NCBI RefSeq assembly: GCF_004010195.1
Contig: NC_057749.1
Span: 10,899,269-10,963,268, forward strand
Source of the DNA: Chiloscyllium plagiosum
Taxonomy: Eukaryota
Reading direction: 5' to 3'
Length of the DNA stretch: 64,000 bases
The notes under the pieces were generated by a model that was not told where the DNA came from, ran no database searches, and saw nothing but the letters and a program-made list of their open reading frames with translations. Of this stretch, positions 50,436 to 63,640 are shown in pieces. The translations under genes and the position numbers were made by a program. Numbering within the stretch: position 1 is the first letter of the stretch; every line of letters starts with the position of its first letter.

Positions 50436-52197
50436 TGAGAAGTGTGGTGCTGGAAAAACAGGCCAGGCAGCAGGAGAATCGACGTTTCGGGCATAAGCCC
50501 TTCTTCAGGAATGAGGCTGGTGTGCCAAGCGGGCCGAGATAAAAGGTAGGGGGGAGGGAATTTGGGGGAGGGGTGCTGGGAATACGATAAGTGGAAGGAG
50601 GTGAGGGTGAGGTGACTTCGGCAGAGTGGGAGGGGGAGTTGAAATGTTGGGCCACAGGGCGGTGGGGTTGATTGGTGCGGGTGTCCTGGAGATGTTCCCT
50701 AAAGCGCTCTGCTAGGAGGCGTCCAGTCTCCCCAATGTAGAGGAGACCGCATCGGGAGCAACAGATACAGTGAGTGATATTGGTGGATGTGCAGGTAAAA
50801 CTTTGATGGATGTGGAAGGCTCCTTTTGAGCCTTGGATGGAGGTGAGGGAGGAGATGTGGGCGCAGGTTTTGCAATTTCTGCGGTGGCAGGGGAACGTGC
50901 CAGGATGAGAGGGTGGGTTGTAGGGGGGGCGTGGACCTGACCAGGTAGTCACGGAGGGAACGGTCTTTGCGGAAGGTGGAAAGGGGTGGGGAGGGAAATA
51001 TATCCCTGGTGGTGGGGTCTGTTTGGAGGTGGCGGAAATGTCAGCGGATGATTTGGTTTATGCGAAGGTTGGTAGGGTGGAAGGTGAGCACCAGGGGTGT
51101 TCTGTCCTTGTTACAGTTGGAGGGGTGGGGTCTGAGGACGGAGGTGCGGGATGTGGATAAGATGCGTTGGAGGGCATCTTTAACCACGTGGGAATGGAAA
51201 TTGCGGTCTCTAAAGAAGGAGGCCATCTGGTGTGTTCTGTGGTGGAACTAGTCCTCCTGGAAGCAGATATGGCAGAGGCGGAGGAATTGGGAATACAGGA
51301 TAGCATTTTTGCAGGAGGTAGGGTGGGAAGGGGTGTAATCCAGGTAGCTGTGGGAGTCGATAGGGTTTGTAAAAAAATGTCAGTATCAAGTCAGTCGTCA
51401 TTAATGGAGATGGAGAGGTCCAGGAAGGAGAGGGAGGTATCAGAGATGGTCCAGGTAAATTTAAGGTCAGGGTGGAATGTGTTGTTGAGGTTGATGAATT
51501 GCTCAACCTCCTCGTGGGAGCACAAGGTGGCACCAATGCAGTCATCAATGTAGCGGAGGAAGGGGTGGGGAGTGGTGCCAGTGTAATTATGGAAGATCAA
51601 CTGTTCTACGTAGCCAACAAAGAGACAGGCATAGCTGGGGGCCATACGGGTGCCCATGGCTACCCCATTGGTCTGGAGTAAGTGGGAAGATTCGAAGGAG
51701 AAATTGTTAAAGGTGAGGACCAGTTCGGCCAAACGAATAAGAGTGTCGGTGGAAGGGTACTATTGGGGACGGCGGGAGAGGAAGTAACGGAGGGCTTGGA
51801 GGCCCTGGTCATGGCAGATGGAGGTGTAGAGGGACTGGATATCCATGGTGAAGATGAGGCATTGGGGGCCGGGGAAACGGAAGTCTTGGAGGAGGTGGAG
51901 GGCGTGGGTGGTGTCTTGAGTATGTGGGGAGTTCCTGGACTAGGGGGTATAGGATAGTGTTGAGGTAGGTAGAAATGAGTTCAGTGGGGTAGGGGCATGC
52001 TGAGACAATGGGTCAGCCAGGGTGGTCAGGCTTGTGGATCTTGGGAAGGAGGTAGAACCGGGCAGTGCGGGGTTCCCGGACTATGAGGTTGGAAGCTGTG
52101 GGTGGGAGATCTCCTGAGGTGATGAGGTTCTGCATGGTCTGGGAGATGATGGTTTGGTGATGGGGGGGTGGGGTCATGGTCGACGGGGCGGTAGGTT
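50436..52197 (-). mobile_element. Penelope-like retroelement, truncated and frameshifted (RT core, GIY-YIG, terminal repeat)
   Basis: FYLLPKIHKPDHPG, QTNGVAMGTRMAPSYACLFVG, FLRYIDD and LLYIGETGR. Intact hammerhead-like motif at 50477-50512 (-). Confidence 0.95.
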
Positions 52198-53730
52198 GGC
52201 AAGGGGCATGGGACGTTCTGCAGCAAAAGTCGATTGCCAGAATATTATCATGGCCCATTGTCTCTGCAGTATTCAGTTTCTCCAACTGTTTCTTGATATC
52301 ATGTGGAGTGAATCGAATTGGCCAAAGACTGGCATCTATGATGCTGGGGTCCTCATAGAAGGCCAAGGCAGATCAACAACCAGCATTTCTGACCAAAGAT
52401 TATTTTGAATGCATCAGCCCAATGTTTGCACTAAAATGCTGGGCTCTCTTATCATTGAGGATGAAGATATCTTTGGAGTCTCCTCCTCCTCCAGTAAGCT
52501 TTTTAATTCACCATCACCATTCGTGCTGGAAGTAGCAGGATTGCAGAGCTTAGATCTGATCCATAGGACATGGAATCTCTTAGCTCTGTCTATCATTTGC
52601 TGCTTATGTCACTTAGCACTCAGGTAGCCCTGTTTGTAGCTTCACTTGGTGCACAACGCATTTTTAGATATATTTGATGATGCCCCTAGCAGTCATCCTT
52701 CACAGCATCATACCTCCAGAAGATATCCTTTGGCCCATCAAGTCTGTATCACCAAAAATGCACTCCTACCTATACTATTCCTAGTTTCCCATATTAGGCA
52801 CTTGAAGTGCTCATCCAAGTATGTTTTAAAGGTCCCACCTCACCTATCCTCCCAGGTTGTGCAATGTTCATTGAACCACAGTTCAATGAACCCTGGCTTG
52901 ATCATCTTGGTAGATTGGGGGAATGTGCTGACCTATGAGCTAGCAGATTGTATTGGAGTACGATTTTGCAGTTGCTGATGGCCCATGGTGTCTCATGGAA
53001 CCCAGTCTTAAGTTGCTACATCTGCTCTGGTACTCTCAGTATGAAGATGGGACTTTGGTGGACTGTGTGGTGGTCAGTCTTACTAAATTAAAACAAAGAA
53101 TTGTAGATGCTAGAACTCTGAAACAAAAACAGAAAGTGCTGGAGAAACTCAGCAGATCTGGCAGCAAATTAGAGAGAAAAACAGAGTTAACATTTTGCAT
53201 CCATTGATGAAGAATCACCATTCCCTTATCACCTACCACAGACCTACTCAAGTAGCAAACTTCTTTAGGACTCGACCAGTTGAATCAGTAGTACTGCTAT
53301 CAAGCCACTCTTGGTGTTGGACATTGAAATCTCCCACCCAGAGTACATTTTGTGCCCTTGCCAGTCTCTGTGTTTCCTCCAAGTGTTGTTCAACATGTAG
53401 GAGTATTGATTCATTAGCTGAGGGAAGATGGTACATGGTAATCTGCAAGAGTTTTTTCCTTCCCCATGTTGACCTGATACCATGAGATTTCATGGGGTCC
53501 AGAGTTAATGTTGAGGACTCCCAGGTCTGCTCCCTTTTGACTTTATCTCATTGTACCATCACTTCTGCTAATCTGACTTGTCAGTGGGACTAGACATTCC
53601 TAGGGATGGAAATGGTGATTTTTGTGACTCTATAGGTAAGGTATCATTCAAGAATATGTTGTTTGACTAGTTGTCCAATTTTGGCACTAGTCCTCAAGCT
53701 TTTCAGGGTTGACAGGGTTATGTTTGACTG
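52198..53730 (-). mobile_element. Degraded LINE (APE endonuclease region)
   Basis: AQNVLWVGDFNVQHQEWL endonuclease motif (ORF 53248-53493). Confidence 0.75.
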
Positions 53731-53789
53731 TCCTCCAAAATGGTCTAAACATCCCATACAATAATAAATAAACAATGATTGATGTTTAC

Positions 53790-53943
53790 CTTGAATTGTT
53801 CAGTGATGATGTCTTTATTAGGGTAATTCATGATTGCTCGGCCTACTGTCTCACCTCCAAGCTTTATGCTATCCTTAGATTCCTCCAGGGTTATCCCAGA
53901 TTTCTTTCCTTTTCCCTCTAGTATGAATTGCAGCTGTTTCTTC
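53790..53943 (-). CDS. LRRC49: LRRC49 penultimate coding exon
   Basis: Long pyrimidine tract ttttttctcag|G KKQLQFILEGKGKKSGITLEESKDSIKLGGETVGRAIMNYPNKDIITEQFK|gtaaac, 154 nt, phase 2/0. Resembles recalled human RKKQFRYLLESKGKKPGIINEE...RATLNY and joins the last exon in frame. Confidence 0.9.
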
Positions 53944-53974
53944 CTGAGAAAAAAGAGAAACAAAATACTAAAAG

Positions 53975-55045
53975 CAGTAGCTGTAAAGATAATTGATGGG
54001 TTGGTGGTCACCTTTCAAAATTCTATAGATTCTGGAATAGTTCCTGCAGGTTGGCAGGTGACAGGCCACGTTATTTAAGAAAGAAGGGAGAAAGAAAACA
54101 GGGAGCTACATAGGGACAGTGTTTTCTTTTATGGAGATGACAGCTTAACTCACTTGCTACTAATTCATTGTATCAGCAAGGACTGAAACATAGGCTTCAA
54201 TGGCAACATACGCACACTCTCAGTTAAGCACTATCAAATGGAGTTTTTTTTTTAACCAACCTGTTGAGGAAGAAAAAGTAGACATATGATGCATACCAGA
54301 ATAACAGCAATAAAAAAATCAGGAAGAGTATTTCAAATACAGGAGAAAGGCTAACTTTGAGAATAAAGGCGGCTAAGACGAAGCATGAGGAAAGGATGAC
54401 AGGCTGTGCTAAAACAAGTAATAAAATGTTCTTCAAGCATGTTAATAGTATAATATTAGAGTGGGGCCCACTCTAAGCTGGGTAAGCTGCTCACTGAAGC
54501 AAAGGATATGGCAGAGGTACTAAATGAATATTTTGCTTCTGTCTTTCCCAAATTAGAAGATGGTGACAATGCCCCAGTTGAAAATATGGATGCTGAGCAA
54601 CCGAACAATTTCATGAAAGATAAAGAAGTGCCAAAAACGCTGGCAGCACTCCAGGTAGAGAGGTTGCCATGCTCAGATGGGATACATCCTAGATTGCTGA
54701 AAGCGTTAAGGGAGCAAACTGCAATGCCGTTGACAGAAATTTTCAAGAAGCTCTGTGCACAGGATTCGTCCTGGTAGTCTGGAGGATTGTAAATGTGACA
54801 CCATTGTTTAAGAAAGGGACAAAGAGCAACAGGGGTAACTACAGACCTGTCAGTTTGATATTAATAGGCGGAAAACTGATGGAGGCCAGAATACAGGATA
54901 AAGTATTATACACTTAGAGAAAAATAAGCTAATACCAGACAGTCAACATACCTTTGTTAGGGCAGGTCACGCCTGACAAATTCAACTGAATTCTTTGACA
55001 AAGTGACATAGACAGTGGATGAGGGTAATACTGTGGATGTTGTAT
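53975..55045 (+). mobile_element. Degraded CR1-type LINE RT region
   Basis: AEVLNEYFASVF...DGIHPRLLK motifs. Confidence 0.8.
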
Positions 55046-55046
55046 A

Positions 55047-55190
55047 CAGTCAGTTCTTCTATAACACGATGGTTGCATTCTTGTGCAAGCCCACATTTTA
55101 GAAAAATCATGCTTTAGAAACAACATTTAAAGTATTGGTGCTGTAATCGCATTACAGTCAACACCCATTTTAAAAGTTTGCGCTGTAGGT
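55047..55190. mobile_element. Possible Tc1/mariner (Tigger-like) MITE fragment
   Basis: Starts TA|CAGTCAGTTCTTCTATAAC and interrupts the CR1. No matching right terminal repeat seen. Confidence 0.35.
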
Positions 55191-55649
55191 TAGTGAGCAA
55201 ATTAGAAATGATTGGGATTGATAGCATGGCAGCATGGATCAGAAGTTGATTAAAAGATTGGAAACAGAGGCCAAGTATAAATGAACATCTCCCTGGATTC
55301 GTGATCTAACTTTGCTAACTAGTCTACCATGTGGAACCTTGTCGAACGTATTGTTGAAGTCCATATAGACAACTTCCACTGCTCTGCCTTCATCAATCTT
55401 CTTTGTCACTTCTTCAAAAACGTTACTTCAATCAAGTTACTGAGACATGATTTCCCAATCACAAAGCCACACTGACTATCCCTAATCAGTCCTTGCCTTT
55501 CGAAATACACATAAACCATGTCCCACCAACAACTTACCCATCACTGATGGCAGGCTCACCGGTCTATAGTTCCCTGGCTTTTCCTTAAATAATGGCACCA
55601 CATTCGCCACCCTCCAGTCTTCCAGCACCTCAACCATGGCTATGAATGA

Positions 55650-55883
55650 GTCAAAAGACGGAATGCTGGAAAAGCACAGCCAGTCAGGCAGCATCCGAGG
55701 AGCAGGAGAGTCGACATTTCGAGCGTAAGCTCTTCATTAAGAATGTGGCTTTTCATTCCTGATGAAAAGGTATGCTTGAAACGTCAACTATTCTGCTCCT
55801 CGGATGCTGCCTAACCGGCTGTGCTTTCCCAGCACCCCATTTTTTGAATCTGATCTCCAGCATCTGCAGTCTCCACTTTCTCC
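55650..55883. mobile_element. Penelope-like fold-back mini-element between CR1 fragments
   Basis: Reverse then forward terminal repeat. Degenerate ctgatgaaaaggtatgcttgaaacgtc near 55759. Confidence 0.8.
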
Positions 55884-57439
55884 CATGAGATGTTGTGAAA
55901 CTTGAAAGGGTTCAGAAAAGATTTACAAGGATGTTGCCAGAGTTGGAGGATCTGAGCTATAGGGAGAGGCTGAACAGGCTGGGGCTGTTTTCCCTGGAGC
56001 ATCAGAGACTGAGGGGTGACCTTATAGAGGTTTACAAAATTATGAGGGGCATGGATAGGATAAATAGACAAAGTCTTTTCCCTGGGGTATATCTGGTCAG
56101 CATGGACAGGTTGGACCGAAGGGTCTGTTTCCATGCTGTACATCTTTATGACTATGACTCTATGATTACTAATGATACAAATATCTTATCAAGGGGCCGA
56201 TCAATCATTTCCTTCGTTTCGCACAAAGATCTAGGATAAACCAGATTATGTCCCAGGGATTTATGCATCTTTATGCATTTTAAGATATCCGGCACCACCC
56301 CCTCTGTAATATGGACACTTTTCAAGAAATCACTATTTACTTTTCCAAGTTCTTTAGTTTCCATGTCCGACTTCACAGTAAATACTGACGTAAAATACTC
56401 ATTAAGTATCTCACCCACCTCTGTGGTTCCACACATAGACGGCCTTGTTGATATGATATGGAATGCACTGCCTGAGAGAGTGGTGGGGGTTTCAAGAGAG
56501 ATCTGGATATATATTTGAAAGTGATGAAGTTAGAGGAATATGAAGATAGGCCTGGAGAATGGGACTAGTTGGGTAGCTCTTTTGGAAGTCGGTACAAACA
56601 CGATAAGTCAAATGACCTCCTTCTGTACTGTAAAATTCTGTGATTCTATGTTATGACACACCTTGAAGCAGGCCTTCACACTACCACTGCACCACAAGAG
56701 CCCTCAGAGCAATGGTCTGACCTAACTGAAGGATGCAACATGCCTGCATGAACAATTAACATATTTTTTATTCTCAGCAAATTAAACATTAAGTCACTAT
56801 TACAAAATTAGAAGAAGCCGAATCTGCAATTTGGTAAAAAACCAAAAATCACTTAGGAAGGGCTCTTGAGGTGTAGCGGTAGTGCCCCTACCTTTGAGCC
56901 AATAGGCCCAGGTTCAATTCCCACCTGCCCCAGAGGTGTTTCATAACATCCCTGAATGGGCTTTTTTTTAAAGGAAAACAGAAAGTACCAGCAATAATTA
57001 TCAACTCAACAGGCATCTGTGGGGAAAGAACAGAGTTAAAAATTGTTAGATCACTGGTTCTCAATTTTTAGACTACTCTGTAGATCACTTTGATGATGCA
57101 AAAGACCCCATTTAGATCACCTACCTGCTCTATCCAGTTGTTTTTTGCTTGCCACCACAATAAAATAAAAATCAGAATTAAAGGGACCAATGGTTTTTGA
57201 TGAGACACTGAAGAGGTGAGCCTTCTAGCTCCACGCTGAAGAGCATCAATCTGATTTTAGGCTCCACATTCACAAGTTTCTCTTTTTCTGAATTATAAGC
57301 CCCATTAGTATTGGAAATCTGATCTTACAGCTGTATTTCATTTTTTCAAGGCATCCATCACGAGCTGCTCCAAGATTTAATGCTATTTACAGTTGTCCTG
57401 GAGAGGTCATAGTGAGCCATCTTTGCGTAATAGAGCTAT

Positions 57440-60400
57440 AGAGTTTTACAGCCTGGAAATAAGACTCTCAACTCATCATGTCGACAAACTGTCATTGAGC
57501 ACCTATCGACTCAAGTCCCTTTTTTCAGCTCTTGGCCTATAAGCTTGTGTACTATGGCACTTCAAATGTTCATCTAAATACTTGTCAAATGATGCGATGG
57601 TTCCTACCTCCGTCACCTTTTGAATCCAGAGAGTTCCAGATTTCTACCACCCTCCACGTGAAAAATGAATCCTTCCTTAAATACCCTCAAAGCCCCCTGC
57701 CCATAACCCTAAATGTGTGGCGTGTGAATGCTATTCTCTCAACTAAGGGGATATGTTTTTTCCTATCTATCTTACCTATGCATTTCATAATTTTGTACAC
57801 CTCAAATAGGTCACCCCCTCTGCTCAAAGGAATACAAACCCAGACTATCTAGACTTTCTTCATAGCTGATTTGCTCCAGACCAGACAACGTCCTGGTGAA
57901 TCTCCACTGCACTTTCTCTAGTATAATTATTTCCCATCACAGTGCAGTGACCAGAACTGCTCACAATATTCCAGCTATGGTTGAGTTAATATCTCATACA
58001 GCTCCATCATATCTTCTCAGCTCTTACATTTAATTCCTTGACTAGTAAAGGAAAGCATTCCATGTGTCTTCTTAAATGCTTTATTCACCTATTTTGTTGC
58101 TTTCAAGGATTTGTTAACATGGTGAAATGCACAGAGGCTGGTATCCCATCAACAAATCACCCTTTTTTTACTTAATAGAACAGAGAACATAGAACATTAC
58201 AGCGCAGTATAGGCCCTTCGGCCCTCGACATTGCACCGACCTATGGAACCAATCTGAAGCCCATCTAATGTGCACTATTCCATTTTCATCCATATGTCTA
58301 TCCAATGACCATTTAAATGCCCTTAAGGGTGGCAAGTCTATTACTGTTAATCCTCTGATTATCTTATACGTCTCAATTAAGTCACCTCTTAACTTTCTTC
58401 TCTCCAACAGCATGGTGGCTCAGTGGTTAGCACTGCTGCCTCACAACACCAGGGTCCCAGGTTCGATTGCAGCCTTGGGTGACTGTGTGGAGTTTGCACA
58501 TTCTCCCCGTGTCTGCATGGGTTTCCTCCAGGTGCTCCAGTTTCCTCCCACAGTTCAAAGATATGCAGATCAGGTGATTTGGCCATGGTAAATTGCCCAT
58601 AGTGTTAAGTGCATTAGCCAGTGGTAAATGGGTCTGGCAGGGTTACTCTTCGGAAGGTGGTGTGGACTGGTTGGGCTGAAAGACCTGTTTCCAAACTGTA
58701 GGGAATCTAATTTAATCTAATCTCGATAACAGTCTCAATTTCGTCATAAGACCTTTCCTCCATACCAGGCAACATCCTAGTAAACCTCCTCTGAACCCTT
58801 TCCAAAGCTTCCACATCCTTCCTATAATGCAGTGACCAGAACTGTACACAATATTCCAAATGCGGCTGCACCAGAGTTTTGTACAGCCGCAGCATGACTT
58901 TGTGGATCCGAAACTCAATCCCTCTACCAATAAAAGCTAACACACCATATGCCTTCTTAACAACCCTATCAACTTGGATAGCAACTTTCAGGGATCTAAA
59001 TATATGAACACCAAGAACTCTCTGCTCATCTGCACTACTGTCCTTCTACACCCTCATCCAGGTCATTTATAAAAATAAAAAACAGGAATGGACCCCAAAA
59101 CAAATCCTTGTGGTACACCACTAGTAAGTGAACTCCAAGATGAACATTTGCTATCAACCATCACCCTCTGTCTTCTTTCAACTAGCCAATTTCTGATCCA
59201 AACTGCCAAATAAAACATAGAACAATACAGCGCAGAACAGGCCCTTCGGCTCTCGATGTTGCGCCATCCTGTGAAGTATTCTCAGCTCGTCCCCTACAGT
59301 ATCCCAAAATCATCCATGTGCTTATCTAAGGATTGTTTAAATCTCCCTAATGTGGTTGAGTTAACTACACTGGCAGGTGGTGCATTCCACGCCCTTACCA
59401 CTCTCTGAGTAAAGAACTTGCCTGTGACATCTGTCTTAAATCTATCACCCCTCAATTTGTAGTTATGTCCCTCGTACAATCTGACGTCATCATTCTAGGA
59501 AAAAGACTTTCACTATCTACCCTATTTAATCCTCTGATCATTTTGTATGTCCCTATTAAATCCCCTCTTAGCCTTCTTCTTTCCAATGAGGACAAACCCA
59601 AGTCTCTCAGCCTTTCCTCATAAGACCTTCCCTCTAGACCAGGCAACATCCTGGTAAATCTCCTCTGCACCTTTTCCAATGCTTCCACATCCTTCCCGAA
59701 ATATGGCAACCGGAACTGTACACAATATTCCAAGTGTGGCCGCACTAGCGTTTTGTATAGTTGCAGCATGACATTATGGCTCCGGAACTCAATCCCTCTA
59801 TCAATGAAACCTAACACACCATATGCCTTCTTAACAGCACTATCAACCTGGGTGGCAACTTTCAGGGATCCATGTATATGGACTCCAAGATCCCTCTGTA
59901 CATCCACACTACCAAGAATCTTTCCATTGACCCAGTACTCTGCCTTCCTGTTATTCTTCCCAAAATGCATCTCCTCACATTTAGCTGCATTGAACTCTAT
60001 TTGCCACCTCTCAGCCCAATTCTGCAGTTTATCCAAGTCCCCCTGCAACCTGTAACATTCTTCCAAACTGTCCACCACTCCACCGACTTAAGTGTCACCT
60101 GCAAATTTACTAATCCATCCCCCTATGTCTGCGACTAAGTCATTTATAAGTCATGACAAACAGCAGTGGTCCCAAAACACATTCTTGTGGCACACCACTA
60201 GTAACTGGACTCCAGGCTGAATACTTTCCATCAACCACCACTCACTGCCTTCTTTCAGAAAGCCAGTTTCTAATCCAAACTGCTATATCACCCTCAATCC
60301 CATGCCTCTGCATTTTCTCCAACAGCCTACCATGTGGAACCTTATCAAAGGCTTTACTGAAGTCCATGTATACCACGTCAACTTCCCTATCCTCATCTAC

Positions 60401-63400
60401 ACGCTTGGTCACCTTCTCAAAAAACTCAATGAGGTTTGTGAGTCGCAACCTGCCCTTGACAAAACCATGTTGACTATCTGAAATCAAACTGTTGCTTGCT
60501 AGATGATTACAAATCTTATCTCTTATAATCCTTTCCAAAACCTTTCCTACAACAGAAGTAAGGTTCACTGGTCTATAATAACCAGGGTCATCTCTACTGC
60601 CCTTCTTGGACAAGGGCACAACATGGAGTTTGCACATTCTCCTCATGGCTGCGTGGGTTTCCTCTGGGTGCTCCGATTTCCTCCCACAATCTAAAGATGT
60701 GCAGGTTAGGTGAATTGGCCATGCTAAATTGCCCATAGTGCTAGGTGAAGGGGTGAATGGGTCTGGGTGGGTTGCTCTTCGGAAGGTTGGTGTGGACTTG
60801 TTGGGCCGAAGGGCCTGATTCCACGCTGTAAGTAATCTAATCTAATCAATTTGCAATCCTCCAGTCTTTTGGTGCTGAACCTGTAGACAATGACGACTCA
60901 AATATTAAAGCCAAAGGCTCTGCTATTTCCTCCCTAGCTTCCCAAAGAATCCTCAGATAAATCCCATCCGGCCCAGGGGACTTGTCTACTTTCACTCCTT
61001 CTAGAATTCACAACACATGTTCATAACTAACCTCGATCCTTTCTAGTCTAATATCTCGTACCTGATTCTTCTCCTCTATCGCCCTCAATCCCACGCCTTC
61101 ATATTTTCTGCAAGAGCCTACATGGGGAACCTTATCAAATACCTTACTGAAATCCATAAACACATCAACCACTTTAACCTCATCCACCTGTTTGGTCACC
61201 TTCTTAAAGAACTCAATAATGTTTGTGAGGCACGTCCTACCCTTCACAAAATCGTGTTGACTATCCCTAATCAACTTACATTTTTCTAGATGATTATAAA
61301 TCCTATCTCTGATAACACTTTACCAACAACCAAAGTAAGGCTCAACTGGTCTATAATTACCAAGATGTCTCTACTCCCCTTCTTGAACAAGGGCACAACA
61401 TTTGCTATCCTCCAGTTTTCTGGCACTATTCTTGTGTACAATGACAACATAAACATCAAAGTCAAAGGCTCTGCAATCTCCTTCTTGGCTTCCCAGAGAA
61501 TCCTAGGATAAATCCCATCTGGCCCAAGGGACTTATCTATTTTCACACTTTCCAGAATTGCTAACACCTCCTCTCCTTGTGAACCTCAGCCTCGTCTAGC
61601 CTAGTAGCCTGTATCTCAGTATTCTCCTCAACAACACTGTCTTTTTCCAGTGTGAATACTAACGAAAAATATTCATTTAGCACTTCTCCTATTTCCTTGG
61701 ACTCCATGTAAAACCTCCTACTATTGTCCTTGATTGGCCCTAATCTTACTCTAGTCATTCTTTTATTCCTGACATACCCATAGAAAGCTTTAGGTTTTTT
61801 CTTAATCCTACCTGCCAACAACTTCTTATGTCCCCTCCTGGCTCTACTTAGATCTCTCTTTAGATCTTTCCTGGCTAACTTGTAACTTTCTAGCACCCTA
61901 ACTCAGCCTTCATGTCTCATCCTTATGTAAACCCCCTTCTTCCTCTAGACAAGAGATTCAACTTCTTTAGTAAACCACGGCTCCCTCGCTCGACCACTTC
62001 CTCCCTGCCTGACATGTACATACTTATCAAAGACTTGCAGTTCCTTGAATAAGGTCCACATTTCAATTGTGAGCTGAAAAATGTGTTGCTGGAAAAGCGC
62101 AGCGGGTCAGGCAGCATCCAAGGAGCAGGAGAATCGAAGAAAGCTGGAGAAATCTGCATTCATCCCTTGTGGTTGGAGGGTTCCGAGGCGGAAGATGACC
62201 CACCTTATCTCAGTCCCAACCCTCGGACTCAGCACCGCCTTCTTGACCTGCAATCTTCTTCCCGACCTCTCCGCCCCCACCCCCTCTCCGGCCTATCACC
62301 CTCACCTTAACCTCCTTCCAATTGTGCCCATCCCTTGCAGTTTCCTTCCCCATCCTATGCATCCTAAATCTTGCCTAATTGCATCATAATTGCCTTTCCC
62401 CCAGTTATAACTCTTACCCTGTGATATATACCTACCCCTTTCCAACACTAAAGTAAACATAACCAAACTGTTGTTACTATTATCAAAGTGCTCATTTACC
62501 TCCAAATCTAACACCTGGCCTTAATGTGGCCTTTCGGCTTGTTGGCCTGTTTACATACTTGTGCACAGTACACTTGCTGTGGCCAACCAGCTTGGAGGCA
62601 GTCTCTCTCGCTTAGAGGAGGCATTTTGTCAGCACTGGTGCTCTTGCTGCCATTTCACATGGACACCATGGTCTCTCTGTTTCTCTGTTCTTCCTGGGGT
62701 CCTACCATTCAATGAGTACTCCCTTGCCTTGTTAGTTTCCCAAAATGCATCACCACATACTTTTCAGGATTAAATTCATTGCCATTATTCTGTCTATCTG
62801 ACCAACAATCTACATCATCTTGTAGTCACTGGGTCAAAATCCTGGAATTCCCATTCTTATGGCAATGGACTACAGCAGTTCAAGAAAGCAGCACACCTTC
62901 TCAAGGGCAACTCAGGATGGAAAATCCCGGTCAGCAATGGCCACATCACATGAATGAATTTAAAGTATGTCTAAGGCTTTACTTATTGCTATTTACCACA
63001 CCACCAACTTTTTTATCCTCTGCAAACCTAATGATCATACCTCCTAAATTCACACCTACATAATCAAACAGCAAGGGTTCCAGTATCAAACCCTATGGTA
63101 TGCCACCGGTCACAAAAACAACCTTCACCATCATAATCTGCATCCTGTCACAAGGCCAAATTTGGATCAAATTTGCCAAATTTCCCTGGATCCCAAAGGT
63201 TCTTCCTCCTTGACCAGTCTCCCATGTGAGACATTATCAAAATCACTGTCAAAATCCATATAGATTTCAGCCACTGTACCAGCCTCGCTCTATATCTACT
63301 CATCTCTTTGAAAACACAATAGAACCTGTCAGACAAATTACCCTCAATCCCACGCCTCCATATTTTATGCAATAGCTTATGGTGGGAAACCTTATCAAAC

Positions 63401-63640
63401 GCCTTACTGAAATCCATATACACCACATCAACTTCATCCACCTGCTTGGTCACCATCTCAAAGAACTCAATAAGGTTTGTGTGACATGACCCATCCTTCA
63501 CAAAACTGTGTTGACTATCCCTACTCAACTTATTTCTCTCTAGAAGATTTTAAATCCTATCTCTTAAAGCCTTTTCCAACACTTTACCCACAACTGAAGT
63601 AAGGTTCACTGGTCTATAATTATAGGGTTATCTCTACTCC
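57440..63640 (-). mobile_element. Stack of nested CR1-type LINE fragments with HE1-type SINEs (58410-58722 +, 60624-60846 +)
   Basis: Multiple RT segments (SQHGFVKGR..LTNLIEFF, YMDFSKAFDKVPH, LQGDLDKLQNWAERWQ, LVRPHLEYCVQF). Several independent 3' ends (e.g. 58177, 59214). Confidence 0.9.
62072..62318. mobile_element. Rearranged Penelope-like mini-insertion with 8-bp TSD
   Basis: Three joined pieces of the Penelope 3' region (two reverse, one forward). caattgtg at 62064-62071 and 62319-62326. Confidence 0.85.
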
